From Macrostomum lignano (taxonomy: Eukaryota): DNA of 64,000 nt. Both the position numbers and the translations under genes were made by a program. Where the stretch lies: positions 124,001-188,000 of the forward strand of contig NIVC01001638.1 in NCBI GenBank assembly GCA_002269645.1, written 5' to 3'. A model generated the notes under the pieces. The model worked only from the letters and a program-made list of their open reading frames with translations. It was not told the DNA's origin and ran no database searches. Within the stretch, counting starts at the first letter, position 1. Each line of letters starts with the position of its first letter. Below, piece by piece: positions 26,901 through 39,223 of the stretch.

Positions 26901-28837
26901 AGTCAAATTCGGGTGTGGAGTGAACGCCTGAACCGGCTCCTTGGCCCAGACAATCTACGGTTCCCATTTCTCCAGTCGCGAGTTCAGGGCCGGATTTCTT
27001 AGAAGCGTCGTTTTGCCTGCCGCTAAATCCCCCTTGAGAATGTACGAGTTACAGCCTCTGGTTTCTCGGCTGTATCATGCTCCCTCTTCTTGGCAAGCTG
27101 TCGCCAGACTCCTGCAAACACGCCCAGTGCAGAATAGTAATGTTGCTTGGATTGATAGGTGGTATTGCCCCGTCAGTGCTTTGCATTCGCGCAAGGCAGC
27201 CTTTCGATTCGCAGGGTGGGCATTGTGTGTGCAAAAGCCGAGAAAGCTGAAGCTTGGCTTGATTGGAATCCAATGCAGTGGGTTGTAGTCCAATAACTTC
27301 TCAGTTTTCCGCTCTTGCGCTCGACTTTACTGGATCAGGCCTTTCACACTCGCTTCCTGCATCAGTAATTAAATGCCTCAACTGGCTTGACATGACTTAA
27401 ATTTTTTAATCAAACTTCAGATTCATTCTCACTTGAGATAAACCAGGCCCCTCTTTACTGTAACAACCCTTTGAATCCCCCCAGAGGCAGCAAACTCACC
27501 ACGAATTTATCACCGCCCCTCTCCATTCCTGACAAAAGCCAGACCCAAACCAGCGATTTATTTTCCGATATATCAAGACAATCTCCCGCTAGCAAACAAT
27601 TGCAAATGAACAAAGGCCTTTGGACATCTACACAATGTTTTCACATCGATAATATTGTACACTAAATATACGCGCAGATAAACCTCGAGAATGTACGAGT
27701 TAGATTTTAGATCTGGTTTGACTTCAACCAGTTCTCACAACCTCGTCCTCACCTTCGAACACAACGTTGATCTCGTTCTCTAGCTTGCAGCAAAAATTCT
27801 CGTCATCCAAGGCGTTCTTAATCTCTTTTTAAACGCTAGGAGCGTTTCAAACGAGTAGCCAAGAACTTAAAGTTTGTAAACTTAGTGATTAGTCCATTAA
27901 ACGTGTAAAGTCGCTCAGCAAACTTCGTGCCAATGTCCAAACGTTTAGCAACCTTGTCTGTTGACAGCTCAAGTTGATTCTTGAGCGTCGCTAGTACTTC
28001 AGCCTGCTCTCTTCTGGCCAGACATCTTAGGACCTCTAGGACCCCGCAAATGCCTCTAGAGCGTTAAATTGGTGTTGCATGTTTTCTTCGTCGCCTTGCA
28101 AGCAGCCGTGCATAACTGCTTGGCGTTGACAAACCTAAAAGAAATAATATGATATCATAATGTGAATAAGGTCAAAGTTTTGCTTCCATAAACCTCTAAT
28201 CTATAAATCATGTTTTCATCAAGTCAAGAATTAAGTTGAAAATTTTGTGAATAGTCAACCAACCAATCATGCATTCACCAACCAATGGGGGTTTTGGCAG
28301 CTTTTTGGATGACGCACAGGGAAGTTCCCCATTTTGAGAGGTTGTGTGGAAGCTCCTTTTTTCTGAGAATAATGGATGCTGTATGGAGCAGTGTTGGGGG
28401 ATTGTAAGTTCCCCCTTTCATCCAAAATGTACTATTGCTAATGTGAGAATGAGTTGATGTCTGCGTTTAGACTCTTTGAGAGTACACACATACTCTCTTG
28501 AGAGTACTAACTTGAAATGAGTTTTCCAAAATCCTTGAAAAGTTTTACTTAATTTAAATCAATTGAGATAAAATTAACATTTTAGAAAAACCTTCTGAGG
28601 GCATAAGGGCGAGGGCACCTTCCAAAGTAAAAAGTCGCTAGAAAAATTAGGGTCGGTTAATTTATAATAAATATTTCTTATATTAGTGGGGAGGGTCTTA
28701 AAGCAATTTTTAAAGTAGTAAAAAAGTAAAAGTATAGACCCTTGTAGAGTGGGGGCTGCCCTCAGCATTCAGTACCCTCACTGTTTTATAAAATATAAAC
28801 AATATCATATACTAGTTTAGGGGATCTAATAACTAGT

Positions 28838-28983
28838 AGTAGTGGAAGATATTAGGGTATGTGGACATCAAGTGAACCATGAACAAATGAACGAGCGAGC
28901 GAAGCGAGAGAGTGAATGAGTGAATATGTGAACAACCGACGAAGGAGGGGGTATGGCCACATACCTTAATATCTTCCACTACT
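28838..28983. mobile_element. Very short MITE (146 bp)
   Basis: Near-perfect ~27-bp TIR AGTAGTGGAAGATATTAGGGTATGTGG / CCACATACCTTAATATCTTCCACTACT; TSD not evident. Confidence 0.7.
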
Positions 28984-30984
28984 TACGTTGTTTTTTTTTT
29001 CACAAAAATAAAACATTTTTTGGCGATGTCTTTGTAGAAAACTTGGAACAGCTGCAAAAAAAGAATGAAAAAGCTTTTTTGCTACTGTTGGTACTAAAAA
29101 ACTACGTGGCTTTATTTTGCTTTTCAATGAGAGCTTTACGCATAGGCAGTGTAAGTTTTCCTTTTTTGTATCAATCTACATCCATTGATCTGGCGCGACA
29201 ATTTGGACATGTTACACCATTAATTGTTGTTTGACGAAAACAGTCTTAACATATGAATGCCCGACAACATGTCATGATCATACGATTTTTTGCATATGTC
29301 TGCAGATCAAACAGTGATTCGGTGTTAACTTAGGGTGTTTGAGCTGGAGCTTGATTTGGTTGAGTTGGATGTTCTCGGAATTCATCCATAGCCTCATTCA
29401 ATCGTCTCTGCGCCTCCTGGCACAATAGACGTTGTTGATAGTATTTCTAAAAGTATTGAATAGTAAGTGTTTAATAGCTAGATGTAGCTAGGTAAATGAA
29501 TAATATATCTTTTACTTTGAGCGCCTGAAAAAAACGTTCTTCGTTTGTCCTGATGTTGTTATGTCGGTTGGTGATAAAATGTTGAACATCAATTACCTGA
29601 AACATAAACTCTTGATGACGACGTCGAGGGTGTTGGTGTCGAGATCTAAGTGTAACTTTGGCTGCTGTTAAACGCTTAAGTAGATTAGTTTATGATGGCA
29701 TATTAGAACGCTAAGAGTTGTAATGGTAGAAAACTTTTGGCGCTTCATGATGAGATTAAAAATCTTCTTGTATACTTCATATAACAATTAGGTGGAATGT
29801 TGTTTCTATCTGTCTAGACTCAGAAGTTTCCTTTTGATGGTACAACACTGTAGTGCTTCTTTTTGTATTATGCTATGGGTTACCCATCGCTTGTCTCGTT
29901 GTGGCACTCTGTGCGCGGGCTTGGGGTGGTACTGTGAGTCATATTGTTTTTGCTAGCATACAAAATAGCCAGTTTGACCACACCCCTATACTCAATTTCT
30001 CAATAATTTTTCTATGACAATTTCAATGTCAGTCATGTCGAGCTTGCGAGAGAGATTTAGTCAAGTAGAACTGAACTACTGGGTTTGAAGCGTGGCATAG
30101 GTATATATACAACGAGTAATTCTTTCAAATAGCGTTACCGTGTCTCTTTCCTCTAATGACTTACTGTGTAACACATAGTGTAATGGAATGAGTAATCAAC
30201 CCCAGAGAACTGTTGATTCAGCGTCAGCGTCAGCGAGTCAGCGTTTTTCAATTGTGTTAGTAGAAAATTTTTTCTTTATTTTACTTTTAAAGGGTAATTA
30301 CAACCAGACTCGTCTATATCTATACTAATAGCTCTTCTTGAAAAAAAGATCATGAAAATATGATCATGCCAAACCTTATCCTCAGTTGGTTTCAGAAGAA
30401 TTTCTCGAATTGTTTGCTCCATTTTTACTATAGAAACTTTAACAAGTGCTAAGTGAAATCGACTTAAAGTCCAATGACTAGCAAGGACATTGACTTCCTC
30501 TTTCAAGCCACAACGTAACCTATGAAATTCTCCTGGGTATTTTCCAGTGGAGAAGATGGGTGGTAGTTTTGTTATAGCTGACTGAATATCTAAAGAAGAA
30601 CCTAGAAATAATGGTTTACCGAAGGCCATTTATATAATGAAAAAAGTAAGTAGTCTCAAATCGGATGACACTTTCATATTGTTTTTTATTGAAAATAGAT
30701 TATAGCTCGTATTAACTCCAAAACCACACATTTGATTTATCACCCAATTAACAATACCAAACCCCGTCTGACCTTGATGAGATTTCCTAGCTCGAGTCAA
30801 CTTTGCTGCTGCCGAACGCACTCGTTTCTTCTTCTGACGGCGTTGTGTTCCCATCTCACTTGATTCTACTAAAAGAGCCAACTACATTTGCTTATACACA
30901 TGGGCCAATTTACGAGCAGTATATTTTAAACTGCAGTGAAAAGCCACCACCAATACACAAATTCCCACCACCGGCATGACCCGG

Positions 30985-31410
30985 CGCGTGCATCAGATGA
31001 TGGTGCTGCCCATGCCGCCCGTCTCGGAAACCGTCACCGGCTCCGACTGTTGGTTTCACACCCTCGGAAGCTGGCCCTCCACAGCTCGACCAACTTCAAC
31101 AGGGGGCATGGCACAGCGCTCCAGAACCAGCTGGGCCACGTAGGTCGTACACGGCAGATGAATCTTCTCCTCTGTCGTGTTATACGTTCGTACAGGATGA
31201 CGCGGAGGTCCCCGGTATAGTCCGGATCCACTACGCCACCCTGCACAGTCAGACCCCGATTGGCCCAACTTGAACGGCTCGCGATCCGGCCGTAGGTGCC
31301 CGGCGGCAGGATGACGCGAAGGCCTGTGCAAATTACGGCTCTGTCCCAGGCCTCCACGACCCGGTCTTCACATGTGGCTAAGTCTACTACTAACCCCCTG
31401 CACTGCTATC
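30985..31410 (-). pseudogene. dut: Trimeric dUTPase pseudogene
   Basis: All five motifs recognisable: SAG..DL, GRIASRSS, GGVVDPDYTGDL, VAQLVLE (after a frameshift) and ETGGMGST. Confidence 0.9.
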
Positions 31411-31866
31411 ATCCTAGAAAATTGAAAAAAAAATACGAAGAGAAAGAAGGAAAGAAAGATTGTTGCATATACATTCTATAGCGCACATATATTGTGAGCA
31501 GAAAAACATAAACAGACAAAAATAGAGAGAACAATTCAAGTCAATGACCAAATGGGAGGGACGCGTAGGGATCAACCCAGGCTCGCTTCGTGTCGAAAAA
31601 GCTAAGCGCTTGCTTGTGCTGCTCAAGAAGATAAAGCCGCGACGTAATCGTCCGCACATTCCTCAAAAGCCCGATGATGACAGTCCGATAGCCACCGCCT
31701 CGCGGTCTTCGGCTAAAAATATCCGGCATTCTGTACTTGGACACCACGAAGAATCTCGACTGGAGTCGTGGTTTGAAGCACTCGTGGAGACTTCCTTTCG
31801 ACTTTGGGAGGCTTAGCAACCTTGTCTGTTGACAGCCCAAGTTGATTCTTTAGCGTCGCTAGTACT

Positions 31867-32299
31867 TCAGTAGTACTTCATCAGAAATCCAACCCATTGT
31901 GGAGTAAACGCTGTGTTCTTTTCAAGGCACAAAGTCCGAGGTTGACAGCGCTCGTTCCATGTGGAGATAAATAGTGCCTGCCTAAATTCCATATTGAAGT
32001 GCGTAGTTGTCGATCGTTTTGATCTTTTCCCGAATGGCTTCCAGTTGCTTGGCAACATTCTGGATATCATGCGCGCCTGTTGCGAAGACTTCAGTAGTCG
32101 GTTCCAGAAGATTGCTGCGGTAATCGATAGACTACCGATAGACACTATCGATAGACATCCCATTTTTGAACGCTGCAAAGAGAGAAGACGCAGCCCATTT
32201 CTACCCGATCAGTTGTTTAATAAACAAAAAGCCCAATATTTGCTTACCGTCTCTCACATAACGCTGAGCTAATTCTTTCATTCGGGCGGATTTATCCAT
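31867..32299 (-). pseudogene. Chimeric spliced orphan gene: microprotein exon 1 fused to the C-terminal half of the 53689-family protein
   Basis: Exon 1 32248-32299 (MDKSARMKELAQRYVRD), GT-AG intron 32173-32247, then AFKNG...EVFATGAHDIQNVAKQLEAIREKIKTIDNYALQYGI*AGTIYLHMER; contains stops. Confidence 0.75.
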
Positions 32300-33159
32300 A
32301 GTTGGTTTTTTGAGTGCAATGCGATTGTTAAGACAAGACTAGAAAATCTTCCGTATTACTGTTGGTTGGATATTATATTAAAATAAATTACTCAGGGGAC
32401 GAGTGACCGTGCGGTGGATTAAGGAGGGTCAGGGTTTGTTGAGGTGTAAGGGGGAAGGGGTGGATCGAGTTGGGAGCCGCTAAAATTGTGCTACGCGACG
32501 TAACCTCCCCCATTAAGGGAGCAGGAAGGGGGAGGGCTGGCTGGTGAGGGGTTTCGTGTTGGCAGCTGCTGAAATTTCGCCAAAAGTAGTTATATAAAAT
32601 TACGTCCATAACCAATTTTTCCAATAGCAAAATACGTAATAAGGTACCCGTCAGAAATTTTATTACGCACAACTTATTTTTCTATTCAAAATCAAATAGT
32701 AAGGTACCGAAGCAAATGGTAGGGTATTCTAAAGGAATTCTAACTACACTGACCGCACCTACAAAGAACAAAAGAAAGTAGCTCAATAAAACGCGGGAGT
32801 CAAATCGATGCAGTCAATTTTCAGGCCCCCCTCCCCCCAAGCGAACAAAACGCAGTTCAGAGTAGCGCACAGACAGTAAATAAAGTCAGTTCTGCTTTAC
32901 ACTCGCTCCATAACACACATTGTCTTCTCTACCTCCCAAATAGTGCATTCTGACTACACAATCTACCGCACCACCCACCAAAAACGGCGAAAGAACGAAT
33001 CTCAATTCCTATCAACGAACTTGTCCAAAAACGCATTCACGTTTTATTTCGCTGCATTAAAAGATTTAAAAATCCAGTCGATTGCCAACACTGATTAAGG
33101 ATCTCGGCGGCGCACCCGCGGCGGAGTGCGCATGTACTCACACCAAAAGCGATTAGCGG

Positions 33160-33613
33160 TCTCATCCACCCGAAACGATGCTACACTCCGAATTGACACG
33201 GAGCCGTCGGACTCCAAGCAGCGGTGATAGCCAGCGCCGTCCAAGGAAGTGCAGCGACGGTCGGGCGGCACTCCCCAAGGCGCCGTCGCTACCCCTCCCC
33301 GTGGTTTCCACGCATATTAATTCCCTCCGCCTGGCACGCCGTCCGGATATCATCGATCCGGGCGACCGTCATCAGCTGCCGCGGCGTATAAACGACCGCA
33401 ACGGACACGGCCCTGGCCACGGTGTCTGCGTGGAAGCAGCTGCGGCATTGGAATTCCGTCTCGCTGTCCATCCAGGCGCACGCGCTGGATCTGTGTGCAA
33501 AGCGCAGGAACTGAGGGGCTCCGACACCACTCATCCCGTATGTAGCGCGCTAACGTGGTGAAAACTGCCAGGCGGGACGTGCAGGGCGCGGCTTCGCTCT
33601 GTGTTGGTTCCAT
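33160..33613 (-). pseudogene. Frameshifted orphan ORF of unknown function
   Basis: GC-rich coding-like island; overlapping ORFs 33350..33613 and 33289..33534 join into a plausible single protein (CAWMDSETEFQCRSCFH). Confidence 0.3.
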
Positions 33614-34699
33614 TGTAATTGTAGCCGTGGCTGAAAGTCAGGAAAAATGAATTCTGTTTCTACTCACTGACAATTAATTTTAATCCACTTCTAGACACTG
33701 GGGAACAAGGGCCTAGGTATAAACAAAATCGAATAACTCTTACTGCAGCGGATCCTCTTGAGGTTGGTAGTCGGCGGAGTCTTGTTGCTTGTAGGGCTAG
33801 CTAGCTTGATGAGCGGTGGCGGCGGCCGGTTTCGGTGAACAGCTGTTGTCTCTTGGAGTCCTTAACTTTATCTGTGGGTTACGAAAACGAGAGCGAATTA
33901 AACTTTTGCAGTGTTGTTGGCGTGTCCACGTACTAAGAAGGTAAGTAGTTTTTGATCTAGTAAGCTTGGTGGCTGGAAGTCTCGAGAGAACATTAGGAAG
34001 AACGGTGTGTTCTCTGTTGAACGGTATACTGCGCTGTTTTAGGCCATTGTCACTGACTGTAGATATATAATCCAATTTTCAGGTTACTTATAGACTGTCA
34101 AATGCTTAAAATACTTAAATAAAGCCTAGAACTTATCCAACACTATCTACTAGAGTAGCAAGGTCTGAGAATAAATGAAGCCTAGCTTTGCCTTTGGTTG
34201 TCTAGCTAAGTTAAGAAAGACTAAGCCTATTATAACTGTTAAAAAAACAATTCGAGGTGACTGGTGATTTAACTATTGAAAAATGACTTATAGGTAGTGT
34301 TAGGCTCTACACTAGCCAAATATAGGCAACGTTCTAACAAAAACTATCTAACAAGGGGCAATGGCTACAAGCTCAGGAATTTAACCCATGCAAATTTGCA
34401 TTATTTACGCCTTAAGTTTTATAAACGATAAATTGTATTGAGCAATACACTTCTAACATAAAAATAGACTTCTTTGGGCCTAAAAAACTACAGAAAAAAT
34501 TTGAAACTTATATCTAAATTTTTCTGTCCCTCGGCTTTTTTTTCGAAAGAACAGACTTTTACCAGCTAAATAGTATTAATATTTTTTTAATTTTTGAGCA
34601 AAGTCGTGTCTTATTTTCTACTATAAGCAGCCTCAGTAGTAAAATATCACTATTAATATTAATAAAAGTAAAATAAGTAAAATATTAATAAAATATCAC

Positions 34700-34809
34700 T
34701 ATCACTGTTGTCACGACAACATTGTTACAATGAAGCTGCAACATAAAATGTCACGGCAATATCTGTGCAACACTGTCAACATTGGTACAACATAAACTCA
34801 CACTAGGGG
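34700..34809. mobile_element. Isolated EnSpm-like terminus
   Basis: GCAACA subterminal repeats ending CACTAGGGG, like the right end of the 14966-23955 element. Confidence 0.55.
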
Positions 34810-34899
34810 AGCTCGGTTGCTTCGGAAACGTTAGAGCCAAATCTTCTGAGTCGGCAAGGAAAGTGTTAGATAGCAGTTTTCCTTTAACAGTGTGATATT

Positions 34900-35254
34900 T
34901 TTGTATTTTCGCGAGTCTTGTGGTTTAGCTTGTTGTTAGGCTTGTGGTTGAGCTTGTGGTTGGGCTTCTTGATAAGGCAGCGGAAGTTCAGCAATCCTCA
35001 GCGCATGATTTTCTTGATAATCTTCGACTTGTCTACTGTAATTAGCCGACCTTTTTTTCATATGTCTTGCTTTCGATAAGAGTCTTCAGGAAAGTAATCG
35101 TATTCTTGATTCTTTCCTCTTCAACAGCAAGAATCTCTTCTGAGACGTCAGCGAATAGCGTTTTTGATTTAAGTCTTCAAAGACGATCGGAAGTTGCAGT
35201 TAACTGCATCTGTGCTGCCCTCTTCCTAGTTATTAACGTTGCGTGTCCTGCCAT
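34900..35254 (-). pseudogene. Orphan ORF pseudogene, probable paralogue of 63065..63517
   Basis: MAGHATL...DRL*RLKSKTLFADVSEE...ELPLPYQEAQPQAQPQ; one TGA and one frameshift. Confidence 0.5.
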
Positions 35255-36431
35255 TTTCCAGTGTGTTTTCGAGAAGCGCAGAAAAACTAGATTGAATAAA
35301 ACTCCAGAGTAAAAGACGTTCCCACTTTAAGTATGCTTGCTGAGAATAGAGTGGTATGAAAAAATGTGCGCATGAAAGAAAACCTACTATGTGTACTCAA
35401 AATCTCTTACCCCATTGTGACAGTTTTAAAATGTTTGCTAATTTCGGACAACTGTCGTAAAACTGCCAGATATTTGTCGGCTTAAAACGCTCTTCGTTTA
35501 CTATAGGTAGTCAATCAGACATCCTCTGCATGCTAACATGATCCTCCGAGTCCTAATTTAAGCAAAAAAGTCATGCAAGTTTCAAACAATTTTGAAAAAT
35601 AGTTTGACTTGAAAATGAAAACAACATGGCTAAAATTTTCTTAGAAAAAAAGGAAAGCAACAATCTGAATGTTCGCGATACACTTCCAAAAAATACTATG
35701 ATTCTATTATATCCTATTATGTCGATGGTGAAATCAAGGAATACAAACATATAAAGCCAGTAGTAATGAAAAATTACACAGAGAGCCGTTTTTACCATTA
35801 CGAATCAATGGGTAAGGTACCCGTCAAAAATTGAGTTACACACAGACCCCTTTTTTCCATTACGAATCAATGGGTAAGATAATGCCCCATCCGCTCGTGC
35901 TTTCGACAGAAATTGCAACGATTCTATTCTCGTTTTCTGTCACAAAGAACGAAAGAAATAATATTTTTTCTTTTACTAACCTGTCAAAAGAAACACGATC
36001 TATATCCGATGTATAGCGGGTAGCGACGTTAGAAGAATTGAGGCAAGTAAATAAGTGTAGCAAGTTCGACTTCCATCCTAGACAATTTCATGCGCCACAC
36101 ACACACAGCGAAGAGAGCTAGCCCAGATAACACTTTAGCGCCGAGTCAAAAGGCAGTCAGTCTAGCTTGAAAACCGAGAGAGAAAAGCTGAGCGTTCACC
36201 CCCTCACGAGAGTATGTCTAGCATTATTATTGTATTAGTATATTATACGTTTTTCCTAATACTTTCTGCTTGCATTTTTACTAAAATAAATTAATTCGCG
36301 GTTAACTCGTTTTACTATAGCCATATAAGAAATACACAAGAAACTAAAAATTACAGCGTACGTACAACAGGTGTTTTTCAAAGCTTATACGTTATTAAAA
36401 TACATCAAAGTTCAATGTTACGATTCACATC

Positions 36432-36774
36432 TCAGTTCACTTGATCATCCCTCGTTAAATCAAAATACTCCTCAGACTTTATCTCTCCACATCGTCCATC
36501 CTCGATATTCAAACGATAGCCCTCGCAACCACCACTCGTTGACAGTAGAACCATCTCCACGCGTGCTTGTTCTCTTTCACATATTCCAACGCAATATTCG
36601 TAGCCATGTGGGGGTCTGTTAAATACCCCGTTTTTATGGCTGCAAGAAGTATAAATGTAAAACATTACGCAATGACCATTTAAAGATTTTTGTTAAACAC
36701 AAAGGAGCTAGTAAATGCTTACCTTCTTTGACATAGCGCTCGGCTAAGGCCTTTTTTTGAGCCGAGTTGTCCAT
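36432..36774 (-). pseudogene. One-intron microprotein gene, copy B (1-nt short in an A run at the start of exon 2)
   Basis: Exon 1 36723-36774 MDNSAQKKALAERYVKE, GT-AG intron 36640-36722, exon 2 KNGVFNRPPHGYEY...EYFDLTRDDQVN*. Confidence 0.75.
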
Positions 36775-37368
36775 ATAGCCTCGCTCGTAGCTCGTAATTA
36801 TTCGTAGGTAATTTTTTAAATATTCTTTTGGAACGTGGTAAAGTTGGAATTTTTTCTTTATTAACTTACGCTCGTAAGAGATTGAATGAATGCGCTGGCT
36901 CGTGTTTTAATTCTCTTCGCTCAATAGGATCGCGCACACACACACACACACACACACACATTCAACAAATCAAAGACAAATTCAGTTTTAAGACTGAGAA
37001 GCGGTACTCCCCTCAGTCAACATCAGGGGTTCGGTCAAAAAGCGGAAATGAAATTCTCGAACCTGCTCTCAGCCCGAGAAAAAAGATTAAACAGCACCTT
37101 CACGCTGTTTACAATTTCCAGTGAGCAAACAGACATTGTTGTCTAGGCAACTGCAGCTCGATCTGTTTGAGAGGGTCGCCCTCACCTTTGACGTGGGCAC
37201 ACAATTTCCAAACCTAAATCTCCCACGTGGAATAACTGACGTTGGCAAATAGATCCACGTGCATCATCCCACACAAAGTTGGTCTATAAAAGAAAGCGTA
37301 AAAACCGACCCCTCGATCAAGTGGTAGAGGCCCAAACTCGACGACTGTACTGTTGCGTTCGCCAAAGC

Positions 37369-38225
37369 ATGACTGCCATCACGTCAGAGGACGTCCTAAC
37401 TCTGAGTGCTCTGACGGAGGGAGCAAAAATTAACATCGGTGAGGTCTCGAGGAACGAGGAATGCTCGTTTCGCTCCGTCTCCTGGAGCCGCAAGGGCGAG
37501 AAGAAGAGACATCCACTGTGTCTACAGTCTGAGAAGCAGATTGAGCTGCTTCGTCAACAGAGTGGAGCATCAGCACTCAAGCGCTCAACCAAGCTCTGCT
37601 GAACAACGAGATGAGATCGCACTGTCTTTTCTGGGAGAAGGCTTCTGCAAAACTCTATTCAATACGTTGAGGTAAAATTTTAGCTTTTTTTTCTAGTTCG
37701 AGAAATTGAAGTACGACTAATTAACAAAATCCTATTCTACACCGTGCAGATTTGTGGAACGGGCAATAGTCCGGGAGTTAGAAGAGAAGGCTGATTCTAA
37801 GACGCTGATTCGCGTGACCTCGTTCTCTGCCCGCAATTCACCTGATGGAAACTCGAGAGAAGCCGTACCTGCAGTGCAACGAGTTACAATTAGGCCAAAT
37901 TTCACCTGCCTTGCCCTTCGCTTAGACGAAAGCAACAGCCGGCCAGAGGGACGAGAGGCCAGGATTGAAGAATTTAAAGAGTTGACTGGCCGATAGCATG
38001 TCAAAATTCAAGTAAATTCACTGTACTGTCCTGCTAAACCGGGGACCAACTGAAGGCTCTCGTTCGCACTTCGCTCCATTGTGCTCACCGAGTGCAACCC
38101 GAATCGGCTGGAGACATTCGCAGTGCTTCGCAGACAAGTCCAACTAATTCCAACTACACTGTACCGCACCCACAAAGAACGAGAAAGAAAGACCCCAACA
38201 ACACCGATCAACCAAGTTGCTGAAA
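37369..38225 (+). pseudogene. Frameshifted spliced orphan gene, tentatively of the 53689 family
   Basis: Coding-like segments with a putative intron ~37672-37748; EGREARIEEFKEL resembles NEKEARIEELNKI of ORF 53689..54360. Confidence 0.35.
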
Positions 38226-38905
38226 AACGACATAGCTATTTCTGCATTACAAGAATAGAGGAAACACGCACCCACAAAGAACAAAAGAAAAGATCTTAAT
38301 AAATTGCAGAATTCAAAATTGTGCCAAAATCCCTCTGCAAGCAAAACCCAGCTCAGATCAGGACACAGGCAGTAAATAAGCCACCTGCTGCGCCCAGCCT
38401 TTTGTAACATGAGTCTTTCAAGACCCCAATTTTTTAATTTTCGAGAAAAGACCATTGAGACTTACGAAACTAAATATACTTGAATACAACTTGACTAAAA
38501 TATAATACGCCAAAAAAATATGCAGTTTTTAACTCTCAGTCACTGATCGACAAACCGATCACATCCGAAAAACCGGGTAATTGTAAGTGTTGCTGTGACA
38601 AGATTCTTCTGAGTTCGCTACTGACGGCCATGCACAATAATAAACTGAACCATCGTAGTAAGAAACAGTCTTTCGGTCGAATCAAGTTGACATGTCTATA
38701 TATTTTAACAGATCGGATACACCTTTAGTTTCATGACGTTAATTTCTTGATGCATGGTAAACCACCACAAATGAACGCAAAATTGCGATTTGACAGTCTT
38801 AAATAACTTTAAAATTCCCTAAAGAATATTGGATAAATAATTACAATACTAATATTACCAAATTATACACGAGAAACTACATATCACTATCGTTCCATTG
38901 CACAG

Positions 38906-39223
38906 TCAGGCGTCCGCAGTCAAATCACAGTAGTCAACAGTAGTGAATCTTCCCGACTCCTTCTCACGGAAAAAGAATCGGAAGCAGCCAGCACCTAGGG
39001 CTTGTACAGCCAGGGTGTATTCACCTTCACAAGCCGTGACATGCTCGGGGTACATATATCCCGGAGGCGGCCGCACAAAGACCCCGTTCTTGAACGCTGC
39101 AAAGAGAGAAGACGCAGCCCATTACTAACTGATCAGCCTCTTAATAAACAAAAAGCCCAATAACTGCTTGCCGTCTCTCACATATCGCTCAGCTAGTTCC
39201 TTCTCTCGGGCGGATTTGTCCAT
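38906..39223 (-). CDS. One-intron 80-aa microprotein gene, copy A (intact, GC-AG intron)
   Basis: Exon 1 39172-39223 + intron 39097-39171 + exon 2 38906-39096 give 243 nt open: MDKSAREKELAERYVRDAFKNGVFVRPPPGYMYPEHVTACEGEYTLAVQALGAGCFRFFFREKESGRFTTVDYCDLTADA*. Confidence 0.75.
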
